Source of the DNA: Eledone cirrhosa
Taxonomy: Eukaryota
DNA length: 64,000 nt
Reading direction: 5' to 3'
Assembly (NCBI GenBank): GCA_964016885.1
Contig: OZ024742.1
Span: forward strand, 328,290,001 to 328,354,000
Part shown: one piece after another, positions 1-15,520 of the stretch
Layout: every line of letters starts with the position of its first letter
How positions within the stretch are numbered: position 1 is the stretch's first letter
The notes under the pieces: model-generated
What the model saw: the letters and a program-made list of their open reading frames with translations, nothing else
Told to the model about the DNA's origin: nothing
The model's database searches: none
Made by a program: the position numbers and the translations under genes

Positions 1-555
1 TTGGTTTATTTATAAGAGGACAGAACACTTACTTTTAAGCAGGACCATTTTCGGGGGATTGCAGAAATGAAGACGACCTTAATATTTTTGTCGGTGCCCT
101 GTTGACGTTTCGTGCTTTCATCACGCGCAAATCCGGGCCCTGTGTACGTTGCCGTGTTATTGACACCGTAAAACTCACGTCTGTGCTACTTCTACTAAGA
201 CCCCTTTTGTTTCACCTACACCACAGTATGAACGCCCTGCGCAAGTACGCCGAACAGCGGTTGTGCTAATCCCGCGGTGACCCCTTTTGTCGCACCTTTG
301 TTGCTGTGTAACCAGTGCCGCCCAGCGTTTGTGCTAATTGCACTATGACCCCCTTCTGCTGCAGCTGCGTTGCCACGCTCATTTCGTCATCTCAATATCC
401 CTACTTGGTTTTCACACAATTGACTACGTCGCTCCTCAATCATTCCCTGAGAATAAGGGAATTCAAAAAGTACACAGCTACATTCTTCAATCTTTGCATA
501 TGCGTGTTGATTTTTCACGTTTCCTATCCCGTGCAACGTCGGGTCCTGCTGCTAG
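1..555 (+). mobile_element. 3' part of a non-autonomous Helitron-like element
   Basis: Ends in a short hairpin CCCG-tgcaacgt-CGGG (528-543) followed by CTAG|T (552-556), the usual Helitron 3' terminus. Internal repeated GACCCCTT(T)TG motif at ~199, ~279, ~347. The 5' end is not visible. Confidence 0.55.
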
Positions 556-1359
556 TATTGTATATAAGAGAAATATTGTGTGTATATTTGATACATGTAA
601 ATATTGCCGAGTGAACAAATTACCAGTCCAATACTGGGGTAAAATCTTTCTCTATAAGAATTTCTCGCTTATTCACTATCGCTTCCTCGTTATCACATTC
701 TCTCTCTTTCCTTCTCTCGGAAGATCGGTTGTGGTCAGAGCTGATAAAATTATGGGCCCTGCCAGATTTTGAAAAAATGCCTAAGAACTGCGACTCAACC
801 TAGAGTTACCGGTAATAAAAAGGAGATACTGGTAAATTGTACGATATATGTTTATTTTATATGATAGGCATATCGTGTATAATATGCATAATGTATTCCA
901 ATTATATTCTATATATAATATGTATATTGTAAATAATCTGGATATTTTCTCATATATATATTGTATATAATAAATAAATGTTTTAGAACCTGTTAAACCG
1001 AGGTGTGGCTACCAGATAAACTAGTACTAAATACTCAGTAGTGCACAAAATACTGAATTCTAATAACAGAAATACCCTTCCTATCGGAGATTTATCATAA
1101 CACCCTCTTCCCCACATAGTGTTTTATTAATGTTGAGACAAAGTCTTGTCACTTTGGGAGATCATCTGTATGTTTAAAGGGTAATCAGGCAGATGGAGGT
1201 TTATTAATCTCTATAATTGTCTGAATACTCATTCTCGCGACTGTCAATAGTAAATGTTTGTGTATATACGTATTTCGAGCAGGTTGATGGTTGGGTTTAC
1301 GGAGTTTGAGTCAAGCAATATATGTGATATTTGAGGTAGGAATTATGACTAAATAGGGT

Positions 1360-1600
1360 GGAATACTATTATAACGTCAACATTAAAACTACCACCAAAT
1401 TAAAGGACAGCCAGCCTAATGTTGTGGTTTGGGACAATATATTAAAAATAAGCTCTGTTGTAGAAGACAGCTGCCCACTCGATGGCAAGAAAAATACAAG
1501 AGAAGAAAGATAACTAGGCACCGTTGATTAAATTTTGCAATATACGCATTTAGTTTCATACATATAGGAGCTTCAAAATATACACCTACTCGACTGAACC
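1360..1600 (+). pseudogene. Decayed restriction-like endonuclease fragment of an R4/Dong-like LINE
   Basis: The frame from 1382 reads IKTTTKLKDSQPNVVVWDNILKISSVVEDSCPLD, which aligns by eye to IQTDKKLEHNRPDLVVVDKEKRSCLIVDVACPFD of the intact ORF at 38908-42300. Confidence 0.5.
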
Positions 1601-2161
1601 AACGTATGATTGAACTTGCATTTGTGGATATCATCAACATCATCATTATCACAGTTTTACGTCCATTTTCCTCTCTAGCATGGGTTAGACGAGTTGACCT
1701 GTTGTGGGCTATGTTAGGTCAGGGGACCATGTCTTGCTCATAGGGAACTGATTTGGGCTTGTTTTCTAAAGCCCGATGCACATACTAACGCCAACCTCAT
1801 TTACAGCGAGTATTGGGCGCTTCTTGTCGTGACACCTACACGACCACTTTATATATATATATACAGGACTATATAATAAACTGTATTTGGAAGAATAGAC
1901 ATGACGTCATGTGCTTAAATCTAATTGTATTATCGTTCAGCTATTGGTGTGTTGCATATACAACTCTGATTAGTCAAAATCTTTACCATAAGTATATATA
2001 TATATATATTTGGACACACTAGAAGTGGTAGACCGAGGTTGACATATGTTGGTGCCCTAACGACAGACACAAGTCTCTTGGAGACGCACGACATGGCAGC
2101 AATGATGAGGGACATAAACTGCTGGAGTAAACTCGTCCATGGATCTCGGGAATCTTACCCG

Positions 2162-2222
<61 letters not shown>

Positions 2223-2224
2223 CT

Positions 2225-2482
2225 TGATCACCTTGACCAGTCTGCCGGGCGCCAACCGGCGTCGCTGGTCACAGCACGTCGTGTTGTTTTCGCCGTAAGA
2301 TAACGCCATGCCACTGGCTGGGCGGGCAGGCTGGTACTCATTTCTACAGCTGAGTAAACTGGAGCAACGTGAAATAAAGTGTCGTGCTCAAGGAAAAAAA
2401 CACATCACCCGGTCCGAGAATTGAACTCACAACCTTTCGATTGCAAGCCCAATGCTCTAACCACTAAGCCATGCGCCTTCAC
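2225..2482 (-). mobile_element. tRNA-derived SINE with CORE-like central domain
   Basis: Minus-strand head GTGAAGGCGCATGGCTTAGTGGTTAGAGC (A box) ... GAGTTCAATTC (B box), then CTTGAGCACGACACTTTATTTCACGTTGCTCCAGTTTACTCAGCTGTAGAAATGAGTACC resembling the CORE domain. Flanked by (TA)n and (GT)n. Confidence 0.75.
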
Positions 2483-2498
2483 TATGTGTGTATGTGTG

Positions 2499-2607
<109 letters not shown>

Positions 2608-3390
2608 TATTTACGCGAGAGTATGCCCTCAAATATATATATATATCTGTGACCACATTACGCGAGTGAATATAAATAAAACTATATTCTCTATAAGAGA
2701 TATCGAAGAAATGTTTCTAAAAACATTTTACAAAAAGAAAGTTAATCGTCGACATGAGCAAATGCTATGAATTAGTGATCCACGTGAGTATCAGATGAAT
2801 ATCAATTGTTTTACCATTCTGCTCAACAGTTTGTCAGAAAGCTTCTTTTACAATACTATTGATATCGTTGGCCATATTTAATAGGCTCATTTGTACGACT
2901 TTCTGTTGCTTTCAAGCCATACGGCGAGAAATTGTAACACTGAGATTTATGACTTATTAAGAATAAACCAAAAGACACAAATAAAAGAGATAAAATCAAA
3001 CAAGCACCAAATCTAAACAAGAATAAAATTGAAAGAATAACATGAGAAATATACATAAAATGATACTAAGATAAAAGTGAATCGGAAGTGCTGATGGTGG
3101 TATCTGTTTGCAGGAATGACGGTAATAAATTGTAATGTATCATTCTTCATTTTATATTCTTCCCATTTATTTATATGCATGTTCCCCTTGATTTACAATT
3201 TACTATTTACTAGCTTCCCTCTCACATCCCCCTCTTTCTGTCTCATTCTCTCTCTCTTACTCGCTATCTTTCTCTCTCTCTATATATATATATATGTGTG
3301 TGTGTATGTATGTATATATGAATATATATATTTATGTATATATGTGTGTATGTATATATATATATAATATATATATATATACACACACAC

Positions 3391-3532
<142 letters not shown>

Positions 3533-4310
3533 ACGTACATATGCAAATACATACACATATACATGTGTGTATATGCATGTACGTCTAAATGTATGTATGT
3601 AAGCATATATGTTTGAATGAATGAATATATACATTATGAACGCTCTGCTTCGTTTCAGAAATACGATAGTTGTATGTAGCTTTAGAGAGAATTAATAATA
3701 AAGAACAAAGAAGGTGGTATAAAAACTAATTACCCCAATAAATTAACATACAAATAGTTTTAGCTGTTACTATCTCGAACTGAGATAGAAATACAAAAGC
3801 AGAAACATGACCAGAAAACAAGAAAATCACGAAGGAAACGCAGATTTCAAGATGTGGTTTGATTCGTGGTCAAATTTATGGAACCATTAAACCAAACGTA
3901 ATTTCCTAATGAATGATGAGCCAACCATGATTATATTTATTCATTTTGAATGTGCCTGTAGTTATTCGTATTTTTCATTTTGTATTTGATATTTAATGGT
4001 TTACACGAGGAAAAATCTTTTAGAAAATATCTCTATCCCAGAGGAAGCATTTAAATCAAATATATTTGTTTGTGATAGAAGAGCCGTCAGAATTCCTCCG
4101 CCAGGTGGCTATATTGAAGGGAGCTGTGTAGTTTACGTGGCTAATTGGGTGAGAGACAGATCTTTCCGTCACTGACCCAAGCTCTCATTGATTTCTTCAA
4201 GTAGAACAGGAATAAGAAGACGAGGATGTAGATGCAGGAAGTGTACTCCAATAAATTCTATGACGTAGGGATGCCAGGAACCGAAATATATGCATATCAC
4301 ACATGTGTAT

Positions 4311-4387
<77 letters not shown>

Positions 4388-4476
4388 TAAATAGATAGAT
4401 ATAACAAAGAAAGTGTGGTAAAGAACCAGGTGCACCATAACGCACCAGAGTACTCTATATACGTATATATTTATAT

Positions 4477-4507
<31 letters not shown>

Positions 4508-4564
4508 ATTTCCTTTGAGTGAAACAGTTCTAGTCCTGTAGAAGCCATTTATATATATATATAT

Positions 4565-4652
<88 letters not shown>

Positions 4653-4675
4653 ATATATAATATATATATATATAT

Positions 4676-6140
4676 ATAGGAACCAGTAAGACCCCGACAG
4701 CTGAGCTCAAGCCGTTTCGACGGCTAATTCTGGACTAAATGAAAATTTATCCTGGTATTTAAATAGCCGATCTTCTCAAGGGGTAATTTCATATATGGTC
4801 AAAGTGATTGTCAAAAATCAGTAAGTAATTCTGTGGTTGCAAATTAGTAGGGGAGATGGTGGCTAAACTAATGGGTAACCCCTGCTTGCCAAGGAAGACG
4901 TAAGATCTTCTTTGTATTCTTTTATCGCTTCCTTTATTTCCTTCCCCCCTCTCTCCTTTGTCCTTCTACCCCAGCTCTTCTCCTTTGTCGGCGTCTTTTC
5001 TCGCCCACCCGAGGCTGCCCTTTGGCCCCCATGTAGCCTTAGTACCCCCCCCCCCTCCCCTCCCCCTAGTCTTTGATAGATTTGGCGGACTCCGCCCCCT
5101 TATAGCAGTTGGCTTAGACCCCGGATACTTTCCCCCTTTTTCCGACCGCTCCCACTATTCTCTGTGCCCTCTATATTTCTTAGTGGCACTTATGCCTTAT
5201 TTTTTTCGTTTCAGTAATTCTTGCTTCGCTTTTCTTCTGGGCGGGGTGGATTCTGAATTTATTTCTCCGTATTCTACCCTTTATTTCGTACGAACTTTCA
5301 TGTAGCTTGTTTTAGATCTTTTATAGTTAGCATTAGTATATATTTTTCTCGGGACTCAGAATTATTATCTCGTACAAGTTCACTTTGCTGCACTGGGTCG
5401 TTGCTGGCCCGGGATGGAAACCTTTATTGTTTATTTCGTGGTAGTCTCTTTAGTATTTTGGCCCCTTTTGTTGACCCGTCACCGTATCATTTACGTACTT
5501 ATACCTCTTAAAAGGGTCCTTGCCTTATCCGTCCCACCTAGTTCTCTTACTTATTTCCTTATTTATTTATTTATTTATTTATTTACTTCTTTCTTTCTTT
5601 CTTTATTTTATTCTCGCCTAACAATAGCCTGACACCTAGGTCGTAGAATTTAATTTACTTTACTTTTTTCTTTACACTTATTTGCTTTTCTTCACTCTCA
5701 GTATTTTTTCTTTCCTATTTCTACCCCCCATTGTTCTACCTACCGTTCCGACTTCCTCCCCCTCCCCCTCCCCTGTATCTTCTTTGACCTCATGCCCAGC
5801 TGTAGCTGGCACTACCAACGCTTGATTGGGTCTACTCCACCCCCTCCCCTCTTTCTCCTACTGGTAGGTTTAGCCACCATCTCCCCTACTAATTTGCAAC
5901 CACAGAATTACTACTGATTTTTGACAATCACTTTGACCATATATGGAATTACCCCTTGAGAAGATCGGCTATTTAAATACCAGGATAAATTTTCATTTAG
6001 TCCAGAATTAGCCGTCGAAACGGCTTGAGCTCAGCTGTCGGGGTCTTACTGGTTCCTATTACCCACTCTACTACTTCAAGTATTGAGTACTTTGGTGCGT
6101 TATGGTCCACCTGGTTCCTTACCACATTTCCTTCGTTATA
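4676..6140 (+). mobile_element. Penelope-like non-autonomous element with inverted terminal copy and hammerhead motif (family A)
   Basis: ~190-bp inverted repeat, 4676-4868 vs 5868-6059, each arm carrying a hammerhead motif. Both ends abut (TA)n. A further inverted fragment of its 3' end lies at ~4400-4456. Confidence 0.7.
5951..6044 (+). ncRNA. Type-I hammerhead ribozyme, U3-A8 core variant
   Basis: Stem I ACCCC/GGGGT; core TTGAGAA; stem II GA-T-CGGCTA...TAGCCG-TC; GAAA; stem III ACGGCT/AGCTGT with GAGCTC palindrome in the loop; GTC cleavage triplet. Inverted copy at 4691-4784. Confidence 0.75.
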
Positions 6141-6158
6141 TATATATATATATATGTA

Positions 6159-6238
<80 letters not shown>

Positions 6239-6617
6239 ACAATCCTAATAAACATGAAAGCATATCAATTTATTCACCAAAATATGGGTGGAATTGTATG
6301 ATATTGTGCCCGGCTGCACAAAGTCTTAAAACAAGCCCGCCGGAAAGATGTATATAAAACAACTGAACAACATAAAAGCTAGTGACACCAATGCGCATCT
6401 TTCGTCGGGGGACAGTTGAAGGTTCGATCTGTATCGATCTAGCCCGACTCTAGAATCAAAAGCTCGTTGGACCTATGGTAATGACACTTTGTTTACTTCT
6501 ACACTTCTATACTGACTGGAAACTACGTATCGAGTGCTCACGCTGGTGAACCTACATTAACTTGACGTTACATTCCCTAGATATATATGATTATACATAT
6601 ATATATGTATATGTATG

Positions 6618-6652
<35 letters not shown>

Positions 6653-6655
<3 letters not shown>

Positions 6656-6754
6656 GATATCCCCCCTAAAAATATATACACATTTCAAGAGCATTCTAAT
6701 AAATATTGCCTGTCTAGGTAATTAAAGTATGTATACAATTTTGGAGACACCCTT
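6653..6754. mobile_element. Small Tc1/mariner-type MITE remnant
   Basis: Imperfect TIRs CAGGATATCCCCCCTAAAAATATATACA / TGTATACAATTTTGGAGACACCCTT, with TA on both sides. Confidence 0.5.
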
Positions 6755-7002
6755 TATATATATATATATATATATATGTACTTTCATACCGGTAAACTTG
6801 ACGCCAAACAAAAGAAAATAAAAGACACTTCCTGATATAAACTATGCAGTGCAATTATAGTAACACCTTATGTCTTGTTCATTGTTAATACAACAGAATC
6901 GTTTCCGTTGGAAAATACATTTTTGTTTTTTATTCCCCTTCCTTCCAGATATCTAATCAAATCTTTTGCTTTATGTACATCTCAATCTAATTTCGTCACA
7001 AA

Positions 7003-7338
7003 TTCTTCTTCTTCTTCTTCTTCTTCTTCTTCTTCTTCTCTTCTTCTTCTTCTTCTTCTTCTTCTTCTTCTTCTTCTTCTTCTTCTTCTTCTTCTTCTTC
7101 TTCTTCTTCTTCTTCTCTTCTTCTTCTTCTTATCTTCTTATTCTTCTTCTTCTTCTCCTCCTCCTCCTCCTCCTTCTCTCCTCCTCCTCCTCTCCTCCCT
7201 CCTCCTTCTCCTCCTCCTTTTTCTTCTTCTTCTTCTTCTTCTTCTTCTCTTCTTCTTCTTCTTCTTCTTCTTCTTCTTCTTCTTCTTCTTCTTCTTCTTC
7301 TTCTTCTTCTTCTGCTTCTTCTTCTTCTTCTTCTTCTA
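7003..7338. repeat. (CTT)n/(CCT)n compound microsatellite
   Basis: Directly visible; source of the poly-L/F/S/E/R ORFs in the track. Confidence 0.95.
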
Positions 7339-7339
7339 C

Positions 7340-8040
7340 AGGATATGCAATGGTTGATGATGCATCTCCTGGCATTCCTAACGTGTGAACAGGTGCCATT
7401 GCGGTATGTGAGACAATTTTTTCTGCAGTTCATCTCCGACAGTCCTGATTCAAGTGAAGGTCAAGCTGATCGCCTAGCTTCTGGAATATTGTCAGGCACT
7501 CACATCCCTCCAACAGTCGAGCAAGGGGTTAGTCGAAATTCTGCTACAGCATTCTATAGAGGACTTGTGGTAAACAAGTTCGACAGGGTTTGCTGAAATA
7601 TGACGGACTAGTCTGTTCCGGGGACCTTCGAGCGGGGGCCTAAAAATGTGGGTGAATGTAGCGAGAGTGGCCCGATTGTATGGGCCTATCTTGATCCTGT
7701 GGTTGTAGGCTGAAGAGTTTAGAGAGAAGTGAGGCTCATTCTGATGGTATTTTTGCTTATTAGAGCCTTTACCGTCAAAATACAATAGTATATATAGAGT
7801 TCTGTAAATGCTAAAGGGTTGTGTTAACCTTTTGGATTCAAACCGGCCACAGATATATTTATAAGAATACACCTGTGTGGTCCTTCCCATTATTTGTCTT
7901 TTTTAATTATTATTAATTTATTGTTTATTGTTATCTATTTTATTTGTTTAAACGTTTTAAAATTGTTTTGTGTATCCACCCTGCCCCTACGTTTTTGTAT
8001 TGTCCTACATGTTTCGGCCCTCATGGACAATAAATAAACA
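7340..8040 (+). pseudogene. Decayed 3' fragment of an L1/Tx1-clade LINE
   Basis: The peptide NSATAFYRGLVVNK resembles NSTSAFYRGLVEGK of the Tx1-like copy at 43009-43311. T-rich 3' UTR ending in AATAAA at ~8029. Confidence 0.55.
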
Positions 8041-8044
8041 ATTA

Positions 8045-8375
8045 ATCCTGCTGAGATTAGCTTTGCCTTTCATCCTTACGAGATTGATAAAATAAAGAAA
8101 CAGTATTGCACTGGGATCGATATAATTGACTTTCTCCTCTACCCAAATTACTAGTATTGTGCCTATAGTAGAAATCATTATTTGTTCTTATTGGCAGTAT
8201 CGGTAGAAGGTCGAATGCTATGTTTGAACCACAGAGTCACGTCCCTTTACGGTCTGAGTTCAAATGCCGCCGAGGTTAACTTTGCCCTTCATCCTTACGG
8301 TGTCGATAAAATAAAGTACCAGTAATGCACTGCGATAATTGCTGGTCTTGTACTTATAGTAGAAACCATTATTTG
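8045..8375 (+). mobile_element. Two tandem copies of an abundant tRNA-derived SINE
   Basis: A box TGGCAGTATCGG, B box GAGTTCAAAT, central CTTTGCCTTTCATCCTTACGG..GTCGATAAAATAAAGTACCAGT, 3' GTAGAAAnCATTATT. The first copy is 5'-truncated. Same family at 15521, 16424, 16638 and 47480. Confidence 0.8.
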
Positions 8376-9096
8376 CTCTTTTTATTGCAGTTCTGTTATC
8401 ACTTTCGTACATCTGTTCTCTAATTCCAAATTACCACAAAAATACATTTGTGTCGTATTCTGAACAACATGTCTACAATCCATTGTGATTTTCTTAGCTT
8501 TCGATTTCATTCTTCTCACTTGTACCTGCTTCCTTGCCCTTTTACAGTTACCTTTATTCATTTATTCATTTATTTATTAATTTGTTTGTTTGTTTGTTTA
8601 TTTTTGTTTAGCACATGATGTTTTTATTATTAGAATCAATATTTCTGTTTTGGTCATTGCTGTTCTATGACATTTTATTTTACCTACTTTCTAAACATAC
8701 AAGTCTGACTCCTTATTCACACACACACACATATAGACACACACACACCCAATCACACACATACATGCACACACAAACACACACACACACAAACAGACAC
8801 ACAAACGCACACACACACATCCATTCATGCACAAATAGACAAACACACCCAATCCCAATCACACACATACACAACCACACATACACAAACACACACACCC
8901 ACAAAACACACACATTCACAATCACACACACAATCACACGAACACACACAAACACAAACACACAACCACACATAGACAAACACACACACACACATACCCC
9001 CCCACACACACACATTCACAATCACACACACACACAACCACACAAACACACACACAAACACCACCACTCACACACGACAACACATACACAAACACA

Positions 9097-9132
<36 letters not shown>

Positions 9133-9364
9133 CCCCCCACACACACATTCACAATCAAACAGACACACACAACCACACAAATACACACACACACACAACC
9201 ACACACACACACACAAACATATATAAACACACATACCCATACACATACAGCCACACATACACAAACACATACAAACACACACGCACACACACACACAACG
9301 CAGCACACATGGAGCAAGAAAACATCAAACAGCCATAGCTACATATAGAGGGAGAGATATAATG

Positions 9365-11835
9365 AGAGCCACACACAAGAGATACACACGTAAAAGACAT
9401 ACAGGCTATCATGTCGGCAAGAGGGAGAGTGACAGAGCCACACACAAGAGATACACACGTAAAAGACATACAGGCTATCATGTCGGCAAGAGGGAGAGTG
9501 ACAGAGCCACACACAAGAGATACACACGTAAAAGACATACAGGCTATCATGTCGGCAAGAGGGAGAGTGACAGAGCCACACACAAGAGATACACACGTAA
9601 AAGACATACAGGCTATCATGTCGGCAAGAGGGAGAGTGACAGAGCCACACACAAGAGATACACACGTAAAAGACATACAGGCTATCATGTCGGCAAGAGG
9701 GAGAGTGACAGAGCCACACACAAGAGATACACACGTAAAAGACATACAGGCTATCATGTCGGCAAGAGGGAGAGTGACAGAGCCACACACAAGAGATACA
9801 CACGTAAAAGACATACAGGCTATCATGTCGGCAAGAGGGAGAGTGACAGAGCCACACACAAGAGATACACACGTAAAAGACATACAGGCTATCATGTCGG
9901 CAAGAGGGAGAGTGACAGAGCCACACACAAGAGATACACACGTAAAAGACATACAGGCTATCATGTCGGCAAGAGGGAGAGTGACAGAGCCACACACAAG
10001 AGATACACACGTAAAAGACATACAGGCTATCATGTCGGCAAGAGGGAGAGTGACAGAGCCACACACAAGAGATACACACGTAAAAGACATACAGGCTATC
10101 ATGTCGGCAAGAGGGAGAGTGACAGAGCCACACACAAGAGATACACACGTAAAAGACATACAGGCTATCATGTCGGCAAGAGGGAGAGTGACAGAGCCAC
10201 ACACAAGAGATACACACGTAAAAGACATACAGGCTATCATGTCGGCAAGAGGGAGAGTGACAGAGCCACACACAAGAGATACACACGTAAAAGACATACA
10301 GGCTATCATGTCGGCAAGAGGGAGAGTGACAGAGCCACACACAAGAGATACACACGTAAAAGACATACAGGCTATCATGTCGGCAAGAGGGAGAGTGACA
10401 GAGCCACACACAAGAGATACACACGTAAAAGACATACAGGCTATCATGTCGGCAAGAGGGAGAGTGACAGAGCCACACACAAGAGATACACACGTAAAAG
10501 ACATACAGGCTATCATGTCGGCAAGAGGGAGAGTGACAGAGCCACACACAAGAGATACACACGTAAAAGACATACAGGCTATCATGTCGGCAAGAGGGAG
10601 AGTGACAGAGCCACACACAAGAGATACACACGTAAAAGACATACAGGCTATCATGTCGGCAAGAGGGAGAGTGACAGAGCCACACACAAGAGATACACAC
10701 GTAAAAGACATACAGGCTATCATGTCGGCAAGAGGGAGAGTGACAGAGCCACACACAAGAGATACACACGTAAAAGACATACAGGCTATCATGTCGGCAA
10801 GAGGGAGAGTGACAGAGCCACACACAAGAGATACACACGTAAAAGACATACAGGCTATCATGTCGGCAAGAGGGAGAGTGACAGAGCCACACACAAGAGA
10901 TACACACGTAAAAGACATACAGGCTATCATGTCGGCAAGAGGGAGAGTGACAGAGCCACACACAAGAGATACACACGTAAAAGACATACAGGCTATCATG
11001 TCGGCAAGAGGGAGAGTGACAGAGCCACACACAAGAGATACACACGTAAAAGACATACAGGCTATCATGTCGGCAAGAGGGAGAGTGACAGAGCCACACA
11101 CAAGAGATACACACGTAAAAGACATACAGGCTATCATGTCGGCAAGAGGGAGAGTGACAGAGCCACACACAAGAGATACACACGTAAAAGACATACAGGC
11201 TATCATGTCGGCAAGAGGGAGAGTGACAGAGCCACACACAAGAGATACACACGTAAAAGACATACAGGCTATCATGTCGGCAAGAGGGAGAGTGACAGAG
11301 CCACACACAAGAGATACACACGTAAAAGACATACAGGCTATCATGTCGGCAAGAGGGAGAGTGACAGAGCCACACACAAGAGATACACACGTAAAAGACA
11401 TACAGGCTATCATGTCGGCAAGAGGGAGAGTGACAGAGCCACACACAAGAGATACACACGTAAAAGACATACAGGCTATCATGTCGGCAAGAGGGAGAGT
11501 GACAGAGCCACACACAAGAGATACACACGTAAAAGACATACAGGCTATCATGTCGGCAAGAGGGAGAGTGACAGAGCCACACACAAGAGATACACACGTA
11601 AAAGACATACAGGCTATCATGTCGGCAAGAGGGAGAGTGACAGAGCCACACACAAGAGATACACACGTAAAAGACATACAGGCTATCATGTCGGCAAGAG
11701 GGAGAGTGACAGAGCCACACACAAGAGATACACACGTAAAAGACATACAGGCTATCATGTCGGCAAGAGGGAGAGTGACAGAGCCACACACAAGAGATAC
11801 ACACGTAAAAGACATACAGGCTATCATGTCGGCAA
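9365..11835. repeat. 69-bp tandem repeat, ~36 apparently identical units
   Basis: Unit AGAGCCACACACAAGAGATACACACGTAAAAGACATACAGGCTATCATGTCGGCAAGAGGGAGAGTGAC. The translations in four frames repeat without variation. Confidence 0.97.
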
Positions 11836-11933
11836 TCTAAATAAGATCCTGTTGCTCTTTAAATGTTTGCTTACCATCTATACTGTTTACTGTTGCCGCC
11901 ATCTTGTTGTTATTGTTATCATTTGTTTTACTG

Positions 11934-12467
11934 CATCATCATCATCATCATCATCATCGTCATCATCACCATCATCATCATCATCGTCATCATCATCATC
12001 GTCATCATCATCGTCATCATCATCATCATCATCGTCATCATCATCGTCATCATCATCGTCATCATCATCGTCATCATCATCATCGTCATCATCATCATCG
12101 TCATCATCATCGTCATCATCATCATCGTCATCATCATCATCGTCATCATCATCGTCATCATCGTCATCATCGTCATCGTCATCATCATCATCGTCATCAT
12201 CATCATTACCAACATCATCATTATCAACATCATCATCATCAGCATCACCATCATCATCGTCATCATCATCGCCATCATCATCGTCATCGTCATCATCAAC
12301 ATCATCGTCATCATCATCATCATCATCATCATCATTACCAACATCATCATTATCAACATCATCATCATCACCATTTCCACCATCATCATCATCATCATCA
12401 TTATCAACATCATCATTATCACCGTCATCATCATCATCATCGTCTTCATCATCATATCAACATCACC

Positions 12468-12499
<32 letters not shown>

Positions 12500-12545
12500 C
12501 ACCATCATCTCCACCATCCCCACCATCCTCCTCATCATCATCATT
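11934..12545. repeat. (CAT)n/(CGT) compound microsatellite
   Basis: Directly visible. Confidence 0.95.
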
Positions 12546-13486
12546 ATGCTCCTTCCCCCGTTGCTGTTATATTTTTATTGATTTTATTGATATATATATT
12601 GTTATTGTTCTTATCAGTCTCTATGTCTTCCCTGTTACTCATTAGATTGTGAAAAGTTCCCAAATGGAACCTTAATATCAAACGACTGTAATTAAACATA
12701 TTCCAAAGTAAAGACTCTAGTATTTCCTTTATTTTTTGTTGTCTTTGGCTGCTCTCATTTGTTTTTTCTACCTCTCTTTTTCTCATTCTTTATTCCTTTC
12801 TCTCTCTTTCTCTAGTTCTCTCTCCATTTGTTCTCGAATGTTATAAAATATATTTGATGTTACTTCTAGTTTGGGCGAAAGGTTACAGGAAAGTGGGGTG
12901 TAGTAGATAAAATATACAAACAGAAACGGGCTGACTAACACGCCAGGGAGGAAAACATAAGACTAATTTTAGTTGATGATATGAAGACGTTTATGAGATA
13001 GAAAGAGAGAGGGAGATGTAAGTATTTTGTCTCATTTCCAGATACCATGTGTGGTGATTACATATAAAAACAAATATACTCAATATAGCAACTGATTGCA
13101 GCTTGTGTCAACTTTACCAAATTACATATTAGTGTCTTATCAGGAAGATGACATCGTTTACCGAAACATGATGTTATAATAAACTATTTATACTGCAGTA
13201 TGTATTCTGTGATTATAAACACACCCATATCATACATGCACACATTCGATGTATGCACACATAGACATACAAATAAAGACATACATGGTAAGAAGCGTAA
13301 TACATAGCCACGAAAGCTACTCTGTACTAACAGCCAAATGTGTATATGTACATATACGTGCTTGCTAATACACGGGTTCATATACATATATATACCTACC
13401 TATTTCTCTTTTTCTTTCTTTCTCTCTCTCTCTCTTTATATATATATATATATATATAATCATATTTATAAACATACATGCATGTA

Positions 13487-13522
<36 letters not shown>

Positions 13523-13566
13523 TATACATACACACGGGCAGACACGCCCCCCACACCTATACATAC

Positions 13567-13689
<123 letters not shown>

Positions 13690-14496
13690 TCATTACCGGC
13701 TCATCATCATGTATTTTACTGATTAACTTTAGTGTGAACTGTGAGTAATAGGTCTGTATTTCTACCGTATAAAACATATATCATTGAGTTAGTAAGAGAC
13801 AGCCGGAGCTGTACAGATAATGTACCAATACTTGGGTATACCTTTTACCTCAGTCACTTTCTGGTTTATCTCGGTTGTGATCTCATCGTAAGCGCGATGG
13901 ACACCTACAGGTTTAAAATGCCTACGTTACACCGTATGCCACAACGGCGCTCCTTTGGCTCCGTCAAGAGCTGAAGACTCAGGAATAGACTGAATCAAGG
14001 TCTAAAAGGGGAAAAGAAATCTATAATAATATTTCACATATTTCAATTTTTCAGCATTACCGTTTCTAAACTGTTTTTTTTTTTTATCGATTCTAATCCA
14101 CCACAACCTCCTTCCACTTCCTTCTCCTCCTTAATAAATACTCTTGTTTTTATCTATGGTGGTTTCAGTGTGCACATGTTTGTGTGTGACTATGTGGAAG
14201 TGCAAGTGTGTGTCTGTGTGTATGAGTGTGTTTGTCTGTCTGTGCATAATATATAGATGTAGAATATATATACATACAATTGTAAATACATAAATACACA
14301 CATACATATACATACATAAATACTCACATATACATGCATGCATACATACATACATACATATATACAAACATGCATGCATGCGTAACAAAATCGGATGGAA
14401 ACAGGAAATGCATCGCCTGCATCCAGACAAGATATATATATATATATTATGGAATACTGTTGGCTTTTTGCTACAATATTTTCTATACCTTTCATT

Positions 14497-15057
<561 letters not shown>

Positions 15058-15433
15058 GGCTGAAACACTAGCTTGAGAATTTGAACTCAGAGCACAGGGA
15101 ACAAGAAATATATATAGAGACATTTAATCTGACTCACTAACTACTCAGCCAAAATGTTCCCACCCACCAACAGAAGCCATTTAGGGCAACATCATTAACT
15201 AAAAAAATGTGTTTTTGTGATCTGATGTAGATTTGGCTACTATCCCTTGCGTGTCGAGCAGCCACTAAGGGGATACCTGTTGGAGTTGATGTATTGTTCG
15301 ATTTCATTTCACTCCAATAAGTCCACCTCTTCCCCTCCTCCTCCTCCCCCTCCTCCTCCTCCTCCTCATCATCATCATCATCATCATCATCATCACTATA
15401 ACCACCACCATTACAACAAACATTAACATCATT

Positions 15434-15489
<56 letters not shown>

Positions 15490-15520
15490 TATCATCATTA
15501 TTATCATCACCACCACCACT

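Noticed and set aside
2400-2482. tRNA gene
   Set aside because: A and B boxes are present but there is no proper acceptor stem, and the sequence continues into a SINE body. The same applies to the other SINE heads.
9365-11835. CRISPR-like array
   Set aside because: Units are wholly identical with no unique spacers, no cas genes are present, and the context is eukaryotic.
9155-12652. Four overlapping 800-1100 aa ORFs
   Set aside because: They arise because the 69-bp unit is a multiple of 3 and lacks stops in four frames. There is no synonymous variation, domain or splice evidence.
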